A DNA stretch of 64,000 nt from Agreia sp. (GTDB lineage: Bacteria > Actinomycetota > Actinomycetes > Actinomycetales > Microbacteriaceae). Shown here piece after piece: positions 32,285 to 42,393 of the stretch. The stretch lies in the NCBI GenBank assembly GCA_044464485.1, contig JBIQLG010000008.1, positions 1,242 through 65,241 on the forward strand, written 5' to 3'. Every line of letters begins with the position of its first letter. Position 1 is the stretch's first letter. Made by a program: the position numbers and the translations under genes. The notes beneath the pieces were generated by a model. The model was not told the DNA's origin. It made no database searches and saw nothing but the letters and a program-made list of their open reading frames with translations.

Positions 32285-33220
32285 CTATTCGGGCTTCGAG
32301 GATGCCTGATCGTCGTCGCCGTTGTGGCGAAGGGCGAGAAAGATTTCCAGTTCCGCGGCGATTTCATCCGCCGTGGGCAGGGCACCGTCTTCGTCCGTGA
32401 GCGGCGAGCGCAGCGGGTTGCCGGCCATGTACGAATCATGGCGTTCCTCGAGGGTTCCGACGAGTCTGGCGAGTTCCGGATTGCTCTCCACCTGCACATT
32501 GATCTTGTCGATGAATTCACGGCCTTCATCCCGCAACTCGGATGTCGCAAAAATCAATCCGGTCGCCGAACTCACCGATTCGAGAGCTTTGAATGCCGCA
32601 TCCGGGAACTCGGTGTCGGCAAGATAGTGCGGTATCAACAACACGAATCCCGCAACCGGATGTTCGCGTTCGTGGAGTCGGTACTCGACCAGATGCAGCG
32701 CATTGGCCAGAACCTGGGTGTGCGGCTTCCACACGGAGAAGGTCTCCACGAGGTCTGAGCGGTTCCCACTCACGGTCACGCCGATGGGCCTCGTGTGCGG
32801 CACCGGCATCGGGATCGCGTGCACCCACGTCATGGATTTCGCCTCGAACTTGTCGATGAGGCCGAGCACTGCAGTCGTGAAAGCTTCCCATCGAAAGTCG
32901 GGTTCGTAACCGCTCAACAGCAGGAAGGGCTGACCGATCTGATCCGTTGCCAGGTGAAGCGCGAGTGAGGCCGGACGGTAGTCAGTGAGATGATCCTGCT
33001 CGAAATAGATCGTCGGTCTCCTCGCCCGGTAATCGAGGAGCGCATCGTTGTCGAACGTTGCAATCACCTGCGACGAGAGCGTGTTGCGCAGGTTTGCCGT
33101 GAACTGGCTTACCGCACCTCCCGCATCGGCAAATCCCGTGAGCCCGGCAACGAGAGGCAGCCCGCGCGGCACGTCAGCCGCGGCAGGTGAGAGTTCGTAG
33201 AGGCTCTCCGCGTCATCCAT
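32285..33220 (-). CDS. PAC2-family (proteasome-assembly-chaperone-like) protein
   Basis: 311 aa. ...LPLVAGLTGFADAGGAV..., ...FLLLSGYEPDFRWEAF..., ...PMPVPHTRP... are typical of actinobacterial PAC2/DUF75 proteins. Confidence 0.7.
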   Translation of the reverse strand: MDDAESLYELSPAAADVPRGLPLVAGLTGFADAGGAVSQFTANLRNTLSSQVIATFDNDALLDYRARRPTIYFEQDHLTDYRPASLALHLATDQIGQPFLLLSGYEPDFRWEAFTTAVLGLIDKFEAKSMTWVHAIPMPVPHTRPIGVTVSGNRSDLVETFSVWKPHTQVLANALHLVEYRLHEREHPVAGFVLLIPHYLADTEFPDAAFKALESVSSATGLIFATSELRDEGREFIDKINVQVESNPELARLVGTLEERHDSYMAGNPLRSPLTDEDGALPTADEIAAELEIFLALRHNGDDDQASSKPE

Positions 33221-33321
33221 TCTTCAACTCTAACCGCGAAGGATCGTGACCACCGTCAGAAGTGCACTCGCGCGTGTAGCCCTGAGCGAACAGTGCGCTG
33301 AATCGTTTGCTGCCGTGCAGA

Positions 33322-33327
33322 TAGCAT
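33322..33327 (+). promoter_or_regulatory. candidate -10 box (TAGCAT), leaderless-type, for pepA
   Basis: TANNNT hexamer 6 nt upstream of the ATG at 33334, with no SD in between. Confidence 0.35.
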
Positions 33328-33333
33328 TGCGTC

Positions 33334-34821
33334 ATGACTGTCGCCGCACTCCACATTTCATCCGAATCCGCACTCGCAGTTCCGTCCGACGTTCTTGTTG
33401 TCGGAGTCAGCGGCTCCGATTCGGGGCCGACGCTGCACAGCGATGACCCTGCTTTCGACGGGCTCAAGAGCTCGCTGGGCTCGCTGGGCATTACCGGAGC
33501 CGAAGACGAAGTACGCCGCCTCGTCGCACCATCCGGCGCGGCAAAGAGCATTGCCCTGATTGGGCTGGGTACGGCTGACATCAGCCCCAATGTGCTTCGC
33601 CGTGCCGCAGGGTCCGCCGTCCGGCAGTTGACCGGCGTAGCTTCGCTGACTGTGGAACTTCCGACATCAACCCCGGAGGACGTCGTCGCGGTACTCGAGG
33701 GAGCCGCTATCGGCTCGTACTCGTTTACTCGGTACCGCTCACAACCAAAGGACGCGCCGAAACTCCCCGCCAGTGACATCACCGTCATTGTTCACGGTGA
33801 ATACGATGAGGCTCTCGTTTCTCGCGCACGTATTGTCGCAGAAGCCGTGCACACGGTTCGCGACCTCGTGAACATGCCGCCACTCGACCTCTACCCGGAA
33901 ACGTTCGCGAGTACCGCGAAAGAACTCGCCTCTGATGCCCCGGTGACGGTCACCGTTTTCGGAGACAAGGAACTCGCCGAGGGTAAATTCGGCGGGATCA
34001 TTGGTGTCGGCCAGGGTTCCACACGTTCACCCCGCCTTGTGAAGGTTGAATATTCGCCGAAGGGGGCAGCGCAGCACATCGCGCTGGTCGGAAAGGGAAT
34101 AACGTTCGACTCGGGAGGATTGTCCCTCAAGCCCGCGGCATCCATGGTGGGCATGAAATACGACATGACCGGCGCGGCGACGGTGCTCGCCGTTGCGCTC
34201 GCTGCGGCCAAACTCGCACTCAATGTCCGCGTCACAGCATGGCTGTGCATTGCCGAGAATCTGCCGTCCGGCTCCGCGATTCGTCCCAACGATGTTCTCA
34301 CCATCCGCGGCGGCAAAACGGTCGAAGTACTCAACACGGACGCCGAGGGGCGACTTGTGCTTGCCGATGGTCTTGTGGCCGCCAGCGAAGAGCAGCCGGA
34401 TGTGCTCATCGATGTGGCGACACTTACGGGCGCAGCTCGCGTCGCGCTCGGCGACCGATATGTGGGAACGATGGGCGAGGATTCGCTGGTGAGCAAGGCT
34501 GTGGATGTCGCACACGACGTGGGCGAATCGCTTTGGCCGATGCCGCTGCCCGCAGAGCTGCGCGCTCTATTGAATTCGGACGTCGCCGACATCGCCAATG
34601 CGAAGATCGGCAGCACAGCGGGCGGGATGCTCCTCGCAGGCGTGTTTTTGAGGGAATTTGTCGGAACAACTGACAATGGCGAGCGAATTCCGTGGGTGCA
34701 CCTCGACATAGCCGGTCCCGCCAACAATGACGGTTCTGGTTACGGCTACACCTCAAAAGGCCCGACGGGAGTCACCGTGCGCACGCTGATTGCACTGGCC
34801 GAACGAATTTCTCTCTCGTAG
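33334..34821 (+). CDS. pepA: leucyl aminopeptidase (M17)
   Basis: 495 aa. ...VGKGITFDSGGLSLKP..., ...MKYDMTGAA..., ...NTDAEGRLVLADGL... M17 signature. Confidence 0.93.
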   Translation: MTVAALHISSESALAVPSDVLVVGVSGSDSGPTLHSDDPAFDGLKSSLGSLGITGAEDEVRRLVAPSGAAKSIALIGLGTADISPNVLRRAAGSAVRQLTGVASLTVELPTSTPEDVVAVLEGAAIGSYSFTRYRSQPKDAPKLPASDITVIVHGEYDEALVSRARIVAEAVHTVRDLVNMPPLDLYPETFASTAKELASDAPVTVTVFGDKELAEGKFGGIIGVGQGSTRSPRLVKVEYSPKGAAQHIALVGKGITFDSGGLSLKPAASMVGMKYDMTGAATVLAVALAAAKLALNVRVTAWLCIAENLPSGSAIRPNDVLTIRGGKTVEVLNTDAEGRLVLADGLVAASEEQPDVLIDVATLTGAARVALGDRYVGTMGEDSLVSKAVDVAHDVGESLWPMPLPAELRALLNSDVADIANAKIGSTAGGMLLAGVFLREFVGTTDNGERIPWVHLDIAGPANNDGSGYGYTSKGPTGVTVRTLIALAERISLS

Positions 34822-34917
34822 TAAAGTCGAGGTGGCGAACGAACCCGCCGAACCAATCCCCGCCGCGCGACCTGCGCGCCGGTGCAGGAAATAGCTGAAT
34901 CTCGAGGGAGTAACGCG

Positions 34918-36291
34918 GTGTCGGAACAAAATTTTGACCTGGTCGTTCTTGGAGCAGGAAGCGGCGGGTACGCCGCGGCACTGCGAGCAACCCAGCTCGG
35001 AATGAGCGTTGCACTCGTGGAGAAGAACAAACTCGGCGGCACGTGCCTGCACGTTGGGTGCATTCCCACGAAAGCGCTGCTGCATGCTGCGGAGGTCGCG
35101 GACGTTTCGCGTGAATCGGCAAAATTCGGCGTCACTTCTGCGTTCAGCGGAATTGACATTGCCGGAGTTGCTGCATACCGGGAAGGAATCGTCGCCAGCA
35201 AATACAAGGGACTCCAGGGACTCATCAAAGCCCGCGGAATTACCGTCATCGAGGGCGAGGGCAAGCTCGTCTCTGCCACGACGGTCCAGGTTGGCGAGGA
35301 TACGTTCACGGGAAAGAATGTCGTTCTCGCCACCGGCTCGTACTCGCGCTCACTGCCGGGACTCGAAATTGGCGGAAGGGTCATCACCTCCGAACAAGCA
35401 CTTGAGTTGCCGTTCGTACCGCGCAAGGTTGCGGTGCTCGGCGGCGGCGTGATTGGGGTTGAATTTTCCAGCGTGTGGCGGTCCTGGGGCGCAGAAGTCA
35501 CGATCATCGAGGCGCTGCCGCACCTCGTGCCCAATGAAGACGAGACGGTATCCAAGCAATTCGAGCGCGCGTTCCGCAAGCGCGGGATCGAATTCAAACT
35601 GGGAGTTCGATTCCAGGGCGTGACACAGAATGAAACCGGGGTTGTGGTCACCCTCGAAAACGGTGAAACCGTCGAGGCAGAAATACTCCTCGTGGCAGTG
35701 GGACGCGGTCCGTCGACCGCCAATCTTGGATTCGAGGAGGTCGGGATTTCGATGGACCGCGGATTCGTGCTCACAAACGAACGCCTCGCAACCAACGTAC
35801 CCGGCGTGTACGCGGTCGGCGACATCGTGCCGGGACTGCAGCTCGCCCATCGAGGATTCCAGCAGGGAATATTTGTCGCGGAAGAAATTGCCGGACTCAA
35901 CCCCATCGTCATTTCAGACAACAACATCCCGAAAGTCACCTACTCAGACCCCGAGGTCGCTTCGATTGGACTCTCCGAGGCGAAGGCGAAGGAACAATTC
36001 GGTGCGGACAAGGTGACGAGCTACGACTACAACCTGGCCGGGAATGGAAAGAGCCACATTCTCGAAACATCCGGATCCATCAAAGTTGTGCGCGTGAACG
36101 ACGGGCCGGTAGTCGGGGTGCACATGATCGGCGCGCGCGTTGGAGAACTCATTGGTGAGGCGCAACTCGCCGTGAACTGGGAAGCCTACCCGGAAGACAT
36201 CGCGCCGCTCATCCACGCCCATCCGACACAGAACGAAGCGCTTGGCGAAGCGTTCCTGGCGCTCGCCGGGAAACCTCTTCACGCAATGTGA
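34918..36291 (+). CDS. lpdA: dihydrolipoyl dehydrogenase (E3)
   Basis: ...DLVVLGAGSGGY..., redox-active ...GGTCLHVGCIPTK..., C-terminal ...HAHPTQNEAL.... GTG at 34918 preceded by GAGGGAG. The ORF-track start at 34882 is less likely. Confidence 0.93.
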   Translation: MSEQNFDLVVLGAGSGGYAAALRATQLGMSVALVEKNKLGGTCLHVGCIPTKALLHAAEVADVSRESAKFGVTSAFSGIDIAGVAAYREGIVASKYKGLQGLIKARGITVIEGEGKLVSATTVQVGEDTFTGKNVVLATGSYSRSLPGLEIGGRVITSEQALELPFVPRKVAVLGGGVIGVEFSSVWRSWGAEVTIIEALPHLVPNEDETVSKQFERAFRKRGIEFKLGVRFQGVTQNETGVVVTLENGETVEAEILLVAVGRGPSTANLGFEEVGISMDRGFVLTNERLATNVPGVYAVGDIVPGLQLAHRGFQQGIFVAEEIAGLNPIVISDNNIPKVTYSDPEVASIGLSEAKAKEQFGADKVTSYDYNLAGNGKSHILETSGSIKVVRVNDGPVVGVHMIGARVGELIGEAQLAVNWEAYPEDIAPLIHAHPTQNEALGEAFLALAGKPLHAM

Positions 36292-36347
36292 CCAGCCAAG
36301 CAAACTATGCTTGAGGGGACAACCACGGTTTTGAAGGAGCACCACTG

Positions 36348-37922
36348 ATGAGCGAATCCGTCAACCTCCCGGCACTCGGCGAGAGTGTCACCGAAGGAAC
36401 GGTGACCCGTTGGTTAAAGAAAGTCGGCGATCGGGTCGAAGTCGATGAGCCGTTGGTTGAAGTTTCGACAGACAAGGTTGACACGGAGATCCCCTCCCCG
36501 GTCTCGGGCGTGCTCGAGGCGATCCTCGTAGCAGAGGACGAAACAGTGGAAGTCGGTACGCCACTTGCCACTGTCGGAGACGGCTCAGGCGGGACAGGCT
36601 CGGCTGCGCCGCAGGACGCAGCTGCTGCGCCCCCCGCGGATGCTGCCCCTGCAGAAGCTGCTTCCGCAGAAGCTGCTCCCGCGGATGCTCCTCCCGCAAT
36701 GGTGCCTTCGGCCCCTGCTCAGGAGCCAGCATCCGTGCCGCAGGAGGCTCCCGCAACTGCTCCGGCTCCTGCTCCGACTCCTGCTTCGACTCCTGCTTCG
36801 ACTCCTGCTCCCGCACCTGCTCCGGACAGTGCGGCCGCTCCCCCGGCCGCGCAGTCGGCATCTCAGGCTGCCCCTCCGGCGGCAACTCCCGCAGCGACTG
36901 CCTCCCCAGTGCAGGAATCTGTCCCGACGGCGGCACCGGCTCCTGCCGAAGCAACGGCACCGAAGCCCGACGAAGCCCAGGCTCAGCAACCCGCTCAGGA
37001 TGATGTCGCCGAGCGGCCAGAAGCGACCGGAACTTCCGGATACGTTACGCCGATTGTGCGAAAGCTCGCCCACGAGAGCGGTATCGACCTCGCGACCGTG
37101 CGTGGTTCAGGGATCGGCGGACGCATTCGCAAGCAGGACATCGTGTCCGCGGCCTCCGGTTCTGAGAAGTCTGGCCCGTCGCGGCCCGCACCACTGGAAA
37201 CTTCACCGCTGCGCGGCACAAGCGTGCCAATGTCGCGCCTGCGCAAAGTCATTGCAGAGCGAGCCGTCGTTTCGATGCAATCCTCTGCTCAACTCACCAC
37301 GGTAGTGGAAGTTGATGTCACCGCGATCGCCGCATTCCGCGACGAAGTGAAGGAAGAATTCCTGGCGAAGACGGGCAATAAGCTGTCTTTCCTTCCATTT
37401 TTCACCCTCGCAGCAAGCGAGGCGCTCAAAGCTTTCCCGATCATCAATGCAACTATTGACGGCGAAAACATCGTCTATCCGGGTCAGGAGAACATTTCCA
37501 TTGCGGTAGACACGGAGCGCGGTTTGCTCACGCCCGTCATCCGCAATGCCGGGGAGCTCAACATCGCACAACTCGCGACCGAGATCGCCGATCTCGCCGA
37601 ACGCACGAGAAACAATCAGCTGAAACCGGATGAGCTGGCGGGCGGCACCTTCACCGTCACCAACACGGGTTCGCGGGGCGCACTATTCGACACTCCGGTG
37701 GTGTTCCTGCCGCAATCCGCAATATTGGGTACCGGAATAGTCACCAAAAAGCCCGTCGTCGTCACTGACCACGGGCGCGATGCCATTGCCATCCGTTCTA
37801 TGGCCTATCTCGCGCTGTCGTACGACCACCGCATCGTCGACGGAGCGGACGCCGCACGCTTTCTCGTCGCAGTGAAAGATCGACTCGAGGCAGGAAACTT
37901 CCGCGACAACCTCGGAATTTAG
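36348..37922 (+). CDS. sucB: dihydrolipoamide acyltransferase (E2; SucB/DlaT type)
   Basis: Single lipoyl domain (...[16 protein letters not shown]...), a ~190-aa Ala/Pro-rich linker, E3-binding domain (...[33 protein letters not shown]...), and catalytic domain ending ...[17 protein letters not shown].... Confidence 0.92.
   Translation: MSESVNLPALGESVTEGTVTRWLKKVGDRVEVDEPLVEVSTDKVDTEIPSPVSGVLEAILVAEDETVEVGTPLATVGDGSGGTGSAAPQDAAAAPPADAAPAEAASAEAAPADAPPAMVPSAPAQEPASVPQEAPATAPAPAPTPASTPASTPAPAPAPDSAAAPPAAQSASQAAPPAATPAATASPVQESVPTAAPAPAEATAPKPDEAQAQQPAQDDVAERPEATGTSGYVTPIVRKLAHESGIDLATVRGSGIGGRIRKQDIVSAASGSEKSGPSRPAPLETSPLRGTSVPMSRLRKVIAERAVVSMQSSAQLTTVVEVDVTAIAAFRDEVKEEFLAKTGNKLSFLPFFTLAASEALKAFPIINATIDGENIVYPGQENISIAVDTERGLLTPVIRNAGELNIAQLATEIADLAERTRNNQLKPDELAGGTFTVTNTGSRGALFDTPVVFLPQSAILGTGIVTKKPVVVTDHGRDAIAIRSMAYLALSYDHRIVDGADAARFLVAVKDRLEAGNFRDNLGI
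36777..36812 (+). repeat. three tandem 12-nt units in the sucB Ala/Pro linker
   Basis: actcctgcttcg x2 followed by actcctgctccc, encoding [12 protein letters not shown]. Coding low complexity. Confidence 0.8.
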
Positions 37923-39409
37923 TTCCGGGTCGGCGAGTTCGTGACAATATCACGGATTCGCCAGCCATCCTCCAGCTTGATCACCAGCAGCGATAAACCT
38001 TCGACGCGATTGTCGTGCTGCTCGACGGTGACACTCAGGAGGGCGCTGTCGCCCAGACGCTCAACCAGCGCAATGTCGATAGCTGGTGGTGATGACTCAA
38101 CCGTCGGATCGGCCAGGAGCGCGGAACCGCTGACAGCACCTCCCTCCTGAAGTGCTCGCACGAGATCCTCATCCGACTCACGGGCCGTCGAGGACGGCTG
38201 ATCCACGCCGTCAAGGCAAAGCACGGAACGTGATCGAAAACAGTCCTGTCGGGCCTGCAGAAGCGAAAACGCAGCAGCAACCGGATCATCCGTCATCATC
38301 ACCGGCGACGGTGACGCCGCGGCCGGCGATTCTCGCTCACCTGGTGGAGGAGCAGTTTCACTGCCGCGCGCGCTACCGGATCCGGACGGCAGCAACGTCA
38401 CCGCGACGACGACCCCGGTTGCCACGAGCGCAGCCATAATCCACACAGGCTTTCTCACCGGGCGCAGAGCGGCCGCAATTCGTTCTTTCCACAGTCGCAC
38501 GGATGAATTTGCCACAGCGGCGTGCCACCACGACACCAGATCGTGCAGCATTTCTTTGGGCACGTGAAGGAAAGTGATGCCGTCTCGAACAATCGCCGTA
38601 TCCGCCGGCGATTCTGTTGTCGTGCCCAAGGGCGTGCCCTGCGATGTATTCAGCGACGTGCCGAGCGGTGCGAGAGAGTGATCGACGCGCGAGGGCACGG
38701 TCGCTGGTTTACCGTCGCTTTTCGACCCGAAGGTGCGCACGGGAGCGGGCGAGGCGAGCTCGAACAGGCGCTCGGCAAGTTGATCCGGAAAGTTCACGGG
38801 ATCACGTGGTGCGCTCGCGGATATCCAGCGCACGACATCGCTCTCCGCACCGAGCATGCTCTCGCACAGGTTGGCCAGGCCATCCAGATCCTTCTCCACC
38901 GCAGCTTTCGCTTCCGCTGACACTGCGCGTGCGGGGACACCGACCAGACTCTCGCGCTCGTTCACAAACGACATCGCTTCCCCAAAGCTCGCGAGCACGG
39001 GGGCGCCTGCATCATCAAATAACACGGAGGCTGCGCGAACTCGACCATGGGTGATCCCCGCCCGGTGCAATGCAGAAACAACCGAGCACAACGGCGCGAG
39101 AATGGTCACCGCCTCACCGGCGGAGACTCCGGTCCGTTCCAGTACCGTGGCCAGACTCCAATGGCTGAGACGTTCGAGTATCAGCACGGGCCTGCCATCC
39201 GGACCGAGCGCGAGGTCAGTCAGGGAAACAGTGTGGCGCGATGATACCTGCGAGAGGATCCCAACTTCGGAATCAATGTGGTCACGCGAGGTAGCGGATC
39301 GAAACACCTTGATCGCCGCCGTAGAGTCGCCATCACTGCCAAGCCAGACGTCGCTGAAGGAGCCCGCACCAAGCAGGCGCACGAGCTGAAAGCCGCCGAG
39401 CGATTCCAT
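37919..39409 (-). CDS. membrane-anchored Ser/Thr protein-kinase-like protein with degenerate catalytic motifs (probable pseudokinase)
   Basis: Kinase fold is recognisable: G-loop ...[10 protein letters not shown]..., ...AAIKVF.... However, the HRD(L)KxxN loop is ...[13 protein letters not shown]... and DFG is ...ASFGEA.... One TM helix (...[19 protein letters not shown]...) precedes a ~150-aa C-terminal extracytoplasmic domain. Start taken as the ATG at 39409 (MESLGGF...). The ORF-track start at 39562 overlaps the divergent DUF4191 gene. Confidence 0.65.
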   Translation of the reverse strand: MESLGGFQLVRLLGAGSFSDVWLGSDGDSTAAIKVFRSATSRDHIDSEVGILSQVSSRHTVSLTDLALGPDGRPVLILERLSHWSLATVLERTGVSAGEAVTILAPLCSVVSALHRAGITHGRVRAASVLFDDAGAPVLASFGEAMSFVNERESLVGVPARAVSAEAKAAVEKDLDGLANLCESMLGAESDVVRWISASAPRDPVNFPDQLAERLFELASPAPVRTFGSKSDGKPATVPSRVDHSLAPLGTSLNTSQGTPLGTTTESPADTAIVRDGITFLHVPKEMLHDLVSWWHAAVANSSVRLWKERIAAALRPVRKPVWIMAALVATGVVVAVTLLPSGSGSARGSETAPPPGERESPAAASPSPVMMTDDPVAAAFSLLQARQDCFRSRSVLCLDGVDQPSSTARESDEDLVRALQEGGAVSGSALLADPTVESSPPAIDIALVERLGDSALLSVTVEQHDNRVEGLSLLVIKLEDGWRIRDIVTNSPTRN

Positions 39410-39520
39410 GTCAGCATCTTCGCGTGAAGCAGTGAGGAAACTGGCGTACGGGACTGCATCCTGTGGGACTTCGATCTGAGGTGGGCAGGTGCAGGAGCGG
39501 AAGTGCGTGTGCGGAGCCGG

Positions 39521-39526
39521 TATCGT
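39521..39526 (+). promoter_or_regulatory. candidate -10 box (TATCGT), leaderless-type, for the DUF4191 gene
   Basis: TANNNT hexamer 7 nt upstream of the ATG at 39534. Confidence 0.3.
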
Positions 39527-39533
39527 TGACACC

Positions 39534-40250
39534 ATGGCACGCACGAGCAAATCCACCCCCAAACCCGCAAAAGAGCCCGGTCGCCTGAAGCAGATGTATC
39601 AGGTCTTCCAAATGACAAGGCGATACGATTCGACCGCAGTCTGGTGGATGGCGTTGGGTTTTGCCGTTCCGGTACTGCTCGGAGTCGTGCTCAGTCTGAT
39701 TTTTTCGCGCGACAGCGTGCCCGGAATAATTTTGTGGGTCATTTCGGGTGTTCTCGGAGGTTTGCTGGCGTTCCTCGTGATTCTCGGCCGCAAAGCCGAA
39801 CGTGCGGCCTACTCGCAAATCGTCGGTCAACCGGGCGCTGTTGGCGCGGTCCTCAAGAGTTCCCTTCCACGCGGCTGGACCGGTAGCGAAATGCCCATCG
39901 CCATCAGCCCCAAGACTCAGGATGCCGTGTATCGCGCGGTGGGTAAGGGTGGCGTCGTCCTCATCGGGGAGGGCCCCGCATCCCGCACGCAGAAGATGGT
40001 GGATGATGAGAAACGCAAAATCTCCCGCATCCTTCCGAATGTCCCGGTCAATGTGCTGCACGTGGGCCCCGACGAGGATTCGGTGCCGCTGCACAAACTC
40101 TCGAGACGACTCGGCCGGTTCAAGCGCGCGCTCAACAAGGCGGAGATTTATGCGGTGAGCAATCGCGTGAGCTCACTTCACAAGGGTCCGAACCTCCCCA
40201 TTCCCAAAGGAATCGACCCCATGAAGGCTCGCGCGCAGCGTCGCGCCTGA
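39534..40250 (+). CDS. DUF4191-like membrane protein
   Basis: MARTSKSTPKPAKEPGRLKQMYQVFQMTRR... followed by two TM helices and ...AVYRAVGKGGVVLIGEG.... Conserved neighbour of glnA in Actinomycetota. Confidence 0.7.
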   Translation: MARTSKSTPKPAKEPGRLKQMYQVFQMTRRYDSTAVWWMALGFAVPVLLGVVLSLIFSRDSVPGIILWVISGVLGGLLAFLVILGRKAERAAYSQIVGQPGAVGAVLKSSLPRGWTGSEMPIAISPKTQDAVYRAVGKGGVVLIGEGPASRTQKMVDDEKRKISRILPNVPVNVLHVGPDEDSVPLHKLSRRLGRFKRALNKAEIYAVSNRVSSLHKGPNLPIPKGIDPMKARAQRRA

Positions 40251-40267
40251 GAGACGGGCGCCGTTTC
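40251..40267. terminator. small hairpin between convergent DUF4191 and RDD genes
   Basis: GAGACGG-GCG-CCGTTTC (7-bp stem including one G-U), filling the 18-nt gap between the two stop codons. Confidence 0.3.
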
Positions 40268-40268
40268 G

Positions 40269-40685
40269 CTACCTCACAACCAGGATCGTTCCCGCCGCCT
40301 TGTCGTGCAGTCCACGCTGATCTCGGTCCCAAATCAGTGCGGGAATCACCAGGCACAGCAACAGAGTGCGCACTGTCGGGCGCCACACGCCGATCCAACC
40401 GCCACCCAGAGGCACCACGCGCATTCGGAATATCACGTGGCCGACGCTTCCGCTGACAAACGACAGAAACACGATCTGGGTGGCCGCGAAAATTCCGAGC
40501 GAGGCGAAACCGTCATACTGAAAAAACGCGGCCGAAACGATGAGGCTCAGCCCCCAATCCACGCAGAGCGCCCCCATTCTGCGACCGGGTCTGGCCACCG
40601 AGCGCGGGCCGTTCTCCGGCAACCCGAGCCGCTCGCCCGGCCACCGCTGTTCGACAGGGAAAGAGGGATGATCGGCTGCGGGCAC
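40269..40685 (-). CDS. RDD-family membrane protein
   Basis: 138 aa. ...RRMGALCVDWGLSL... (RDD-like motif), three TM helices, ...RGLHDKAAGT.... GTG at 40685 with TAGTAT (minus strand, 40697-40692) 6 nt upstream. Confidence 0.7.
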   Translation of the reverse strand: MPAADHPSFPVEQRWPGERLGLPENGPRSVARPGRRMGALCVDWGLSLIVSAAFFQYDGFASLGIFAATQIVFLSFVSGSVGHVIFRMRVVPLGGGWIGVWRPTVRTLLLCLVIPALIWDRDQRGLHDKAAGTILVVR

Positions 40686-40707
40686 CCCTCGATACTATGG
40701 GAGGCCT

Positions 40708-40745
40708 GAAACATGACGGAAACATCGGTGATACTGTCGCGAAAT
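40708..40745 (+). promoter_or_regulatory. four pentamers in exact 11-bp register (putative GlnR operator) upstream of glnA
   Basis: GAAAC(40708)-atgacg-GAAAC(40719)-atcggt-GATAC(40730)-tgtcgc-GAAAT(40741). A -10-like TACAGT at 40756-40761, SD AAGGAG, ATG at 40816. Confidence 0.45.
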
Positions 40746-40815
40746 CGCGAACGCGTACAGTCGCACCCGTGGCAACGTAACCACTCAACCCGCACGGAAC
40801 CCAAGGAGACTGCAC

Positions 40816-42240
40816 ATGTTCAGCGAACCGTCTGAAGTACTGAAGTTCATCAAAGACACCGACGTCAAATTTCTCGATATTCGCTTCACAGACCTGCCGG
40901 GCGTGCAGCAGCACTTCAACATCCCCGCGGCCGCGGTCGATGACGATTTCTTTACCGTGGGACAGCTCTTCGACGGCTCGTCGATTCGTGGGTTCGCTTC
41001 CATCCACGAATCCGACATGCAGCTGATTCCGGATGTGACAACCGCATACCTCGATCCCTTCAGAGCTGAGCGCACGCTCATCATGCTCTTCGACATCTAC
41101 AACCCGCGTAACGGCGAGATTTACCACAGGGATCCCCGCCAGGTTGCCCGCAAGGCAGAAAAATATCTTGAATCGACGGGAATTGCCGACACGGCATATT
41201 TCGCGCCGGAGGCAGAGTTCTACATCTTCGATGACGTGCGCTACGACGTCAAACCTAACTCCAGCTTCTTCGCGGTCGATTCGGAAGAAGGCGCCTGGAA
41301 CAGCGGCCGCGTTGAAGAGGGCGGCAACCTCGCCAACAAAACACCGCTCAAAGGCGGATATTTTCCCGTGAGCCCCGTGGACAAACAGGCAGACCTTCGC
41401 GACGACATCAGCCTGAAACTGATCGATTCCGGACTCGTTCTCGAACGAGCCCACCATGAGGTGGGATCGGGCGGACAAGCCGAAATCAACTATCGATTCG
41501 ACACCCTCGTGCACGCGGCCGACGACATCCTGAAGTTCAAGTACATCGTCAAGAACACCGCTGAGCAGTGGGGGCAGACGGCGACGTTCATGCCGAAACC
41601 GCTCTTCGGCGATAACGGTTCCGGCATGCACACGCATCAGTCGCTGTGGAGCGGAGGGAAGCCGCTGTTCTACGACGAGAGCGGTTACGGTGGGCTCTCC
41701 GACGTCGCGCGCTGGTACATCGGCGGTCTTCTCCAGCACGCTCCGGCCGTGCTCGCATTCACAAACCCGTCGATCAACAGTTTCCGACGATTGGTCAAGG
41801 GTTACGAGGCTCCCATCAACCTCGTTTACTCGGCCGGCAACCGCTCTGCTGCGATCCGCATCCCCATCACGGGAACGAATCCCAAAGCCAAACGCATCGA
41901 GTTCCGATGCCCGGATGCATCGGGCAACCCATACCTGGGATTTGCCGCGCAACTCATGGCGGGGATCGACGGCATTCGCAACAAGACCGAACCGCTGGCA
42001 CCCATCGATAAAGACCTGTACGAGCTTCCCCCCGAGGAAGCGAAAAACATTCCGCAATTGCCTGTCACTCTCGACGCAGTGTTGAGGGCGCTGGAAGACG
42101 ACCACGAGTTCCTCATGGAAGGCGGCGTGTTTACCCAAGACCTCATCGATACCTGGATTGCGTACAAGCGAGAGAAGGAGCTTGCCCCGATGTCGCTTCG
42201 CCCGCACCCCTACGAGTACGAGTTGTATTACGGGGTGTAG
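40816..42240 (+). CDS. glnA: glutamine synthetase type I
   Basis: 474 aa. ...FDGSSIRGF..., ...[16 protein letters not shown]..., adenylylation-site region ...[10 protein letters not shown].... Confidence 0.95.
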   Translation: MFSEPSEVLKFIKDTDVKFLDIRFTDLPGVQQHFNIPAAAVDDDFFTVGQLFDGSSIRGFASIHESDMQLIPDVTTAYLDPFRAERTLIMLFDIYNPRNGEIYHRDPRQVARKAEKYLESTGIADTAYFAPEAEFYIFDDVRYDVKPNSSFFAVDSEEGAWNSGRVEEGGNLANKTPLKGGYFPVSPVDKQADLRDDISLKLIDSGLVLERAHHEVGSGGQAEINYRFDTLVHAADDILKFKYIVKNTAEQWGQTATFMPKPLFGDNGSGMHTHQSLWSGGKPLFYDESGYGGLSDVARWYIGGLLQHAPAVLAFTNPSINSFRRLVKGYEAPINLVYSAGNRSAAIRIPITGTNPKAKRIEFRCPDASGNPYLGFAAQLMAGIDGIRNKTEPLAPIDKDLYELPPEEAKNIPQLPVTLDAVLRALEDDHEFLMEGGVFTQDLIDTWIAYKREKELAPMSLRPHPYEYELYYGV

Positions 42241-42328
42241 TCCGGCGCCGCGCCACTCGTACGCACATCCCGATCACGGCCGCCAAGGGGCTACCCCAGC
42301 CCGCAGGGAAGGCGAGTTGCGTCGAATT

Positions 42329-42347
42329 GCGGATCTCGGACATCCGC
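42329..42347. terminator. short hairpin between convergent glnA and glnE
   Basis: GCGGAT-ctcggac-ATCCGC, nested within a weaker outer repeat CGAGTTGCG ... CGCAACTCG. No U-tract. Confidence 0.25.
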
Positions 42348-42393
42348 ACCAACAATTTGGCGCAACTCGACCCACGGGCTTGTGCGCCGGGCG

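Noticed and set aside
40513-42207. 564-aa minus-strand ORF opposite glnA, and similar ORFs at 45085-46017, 34746-35939, 61419-62561 and 30036-30995
   Set aside because: All are antisense shadows of strongly recognised genes (glnA, glnA2, lpd, fabH, sigA) with aberrant composition.
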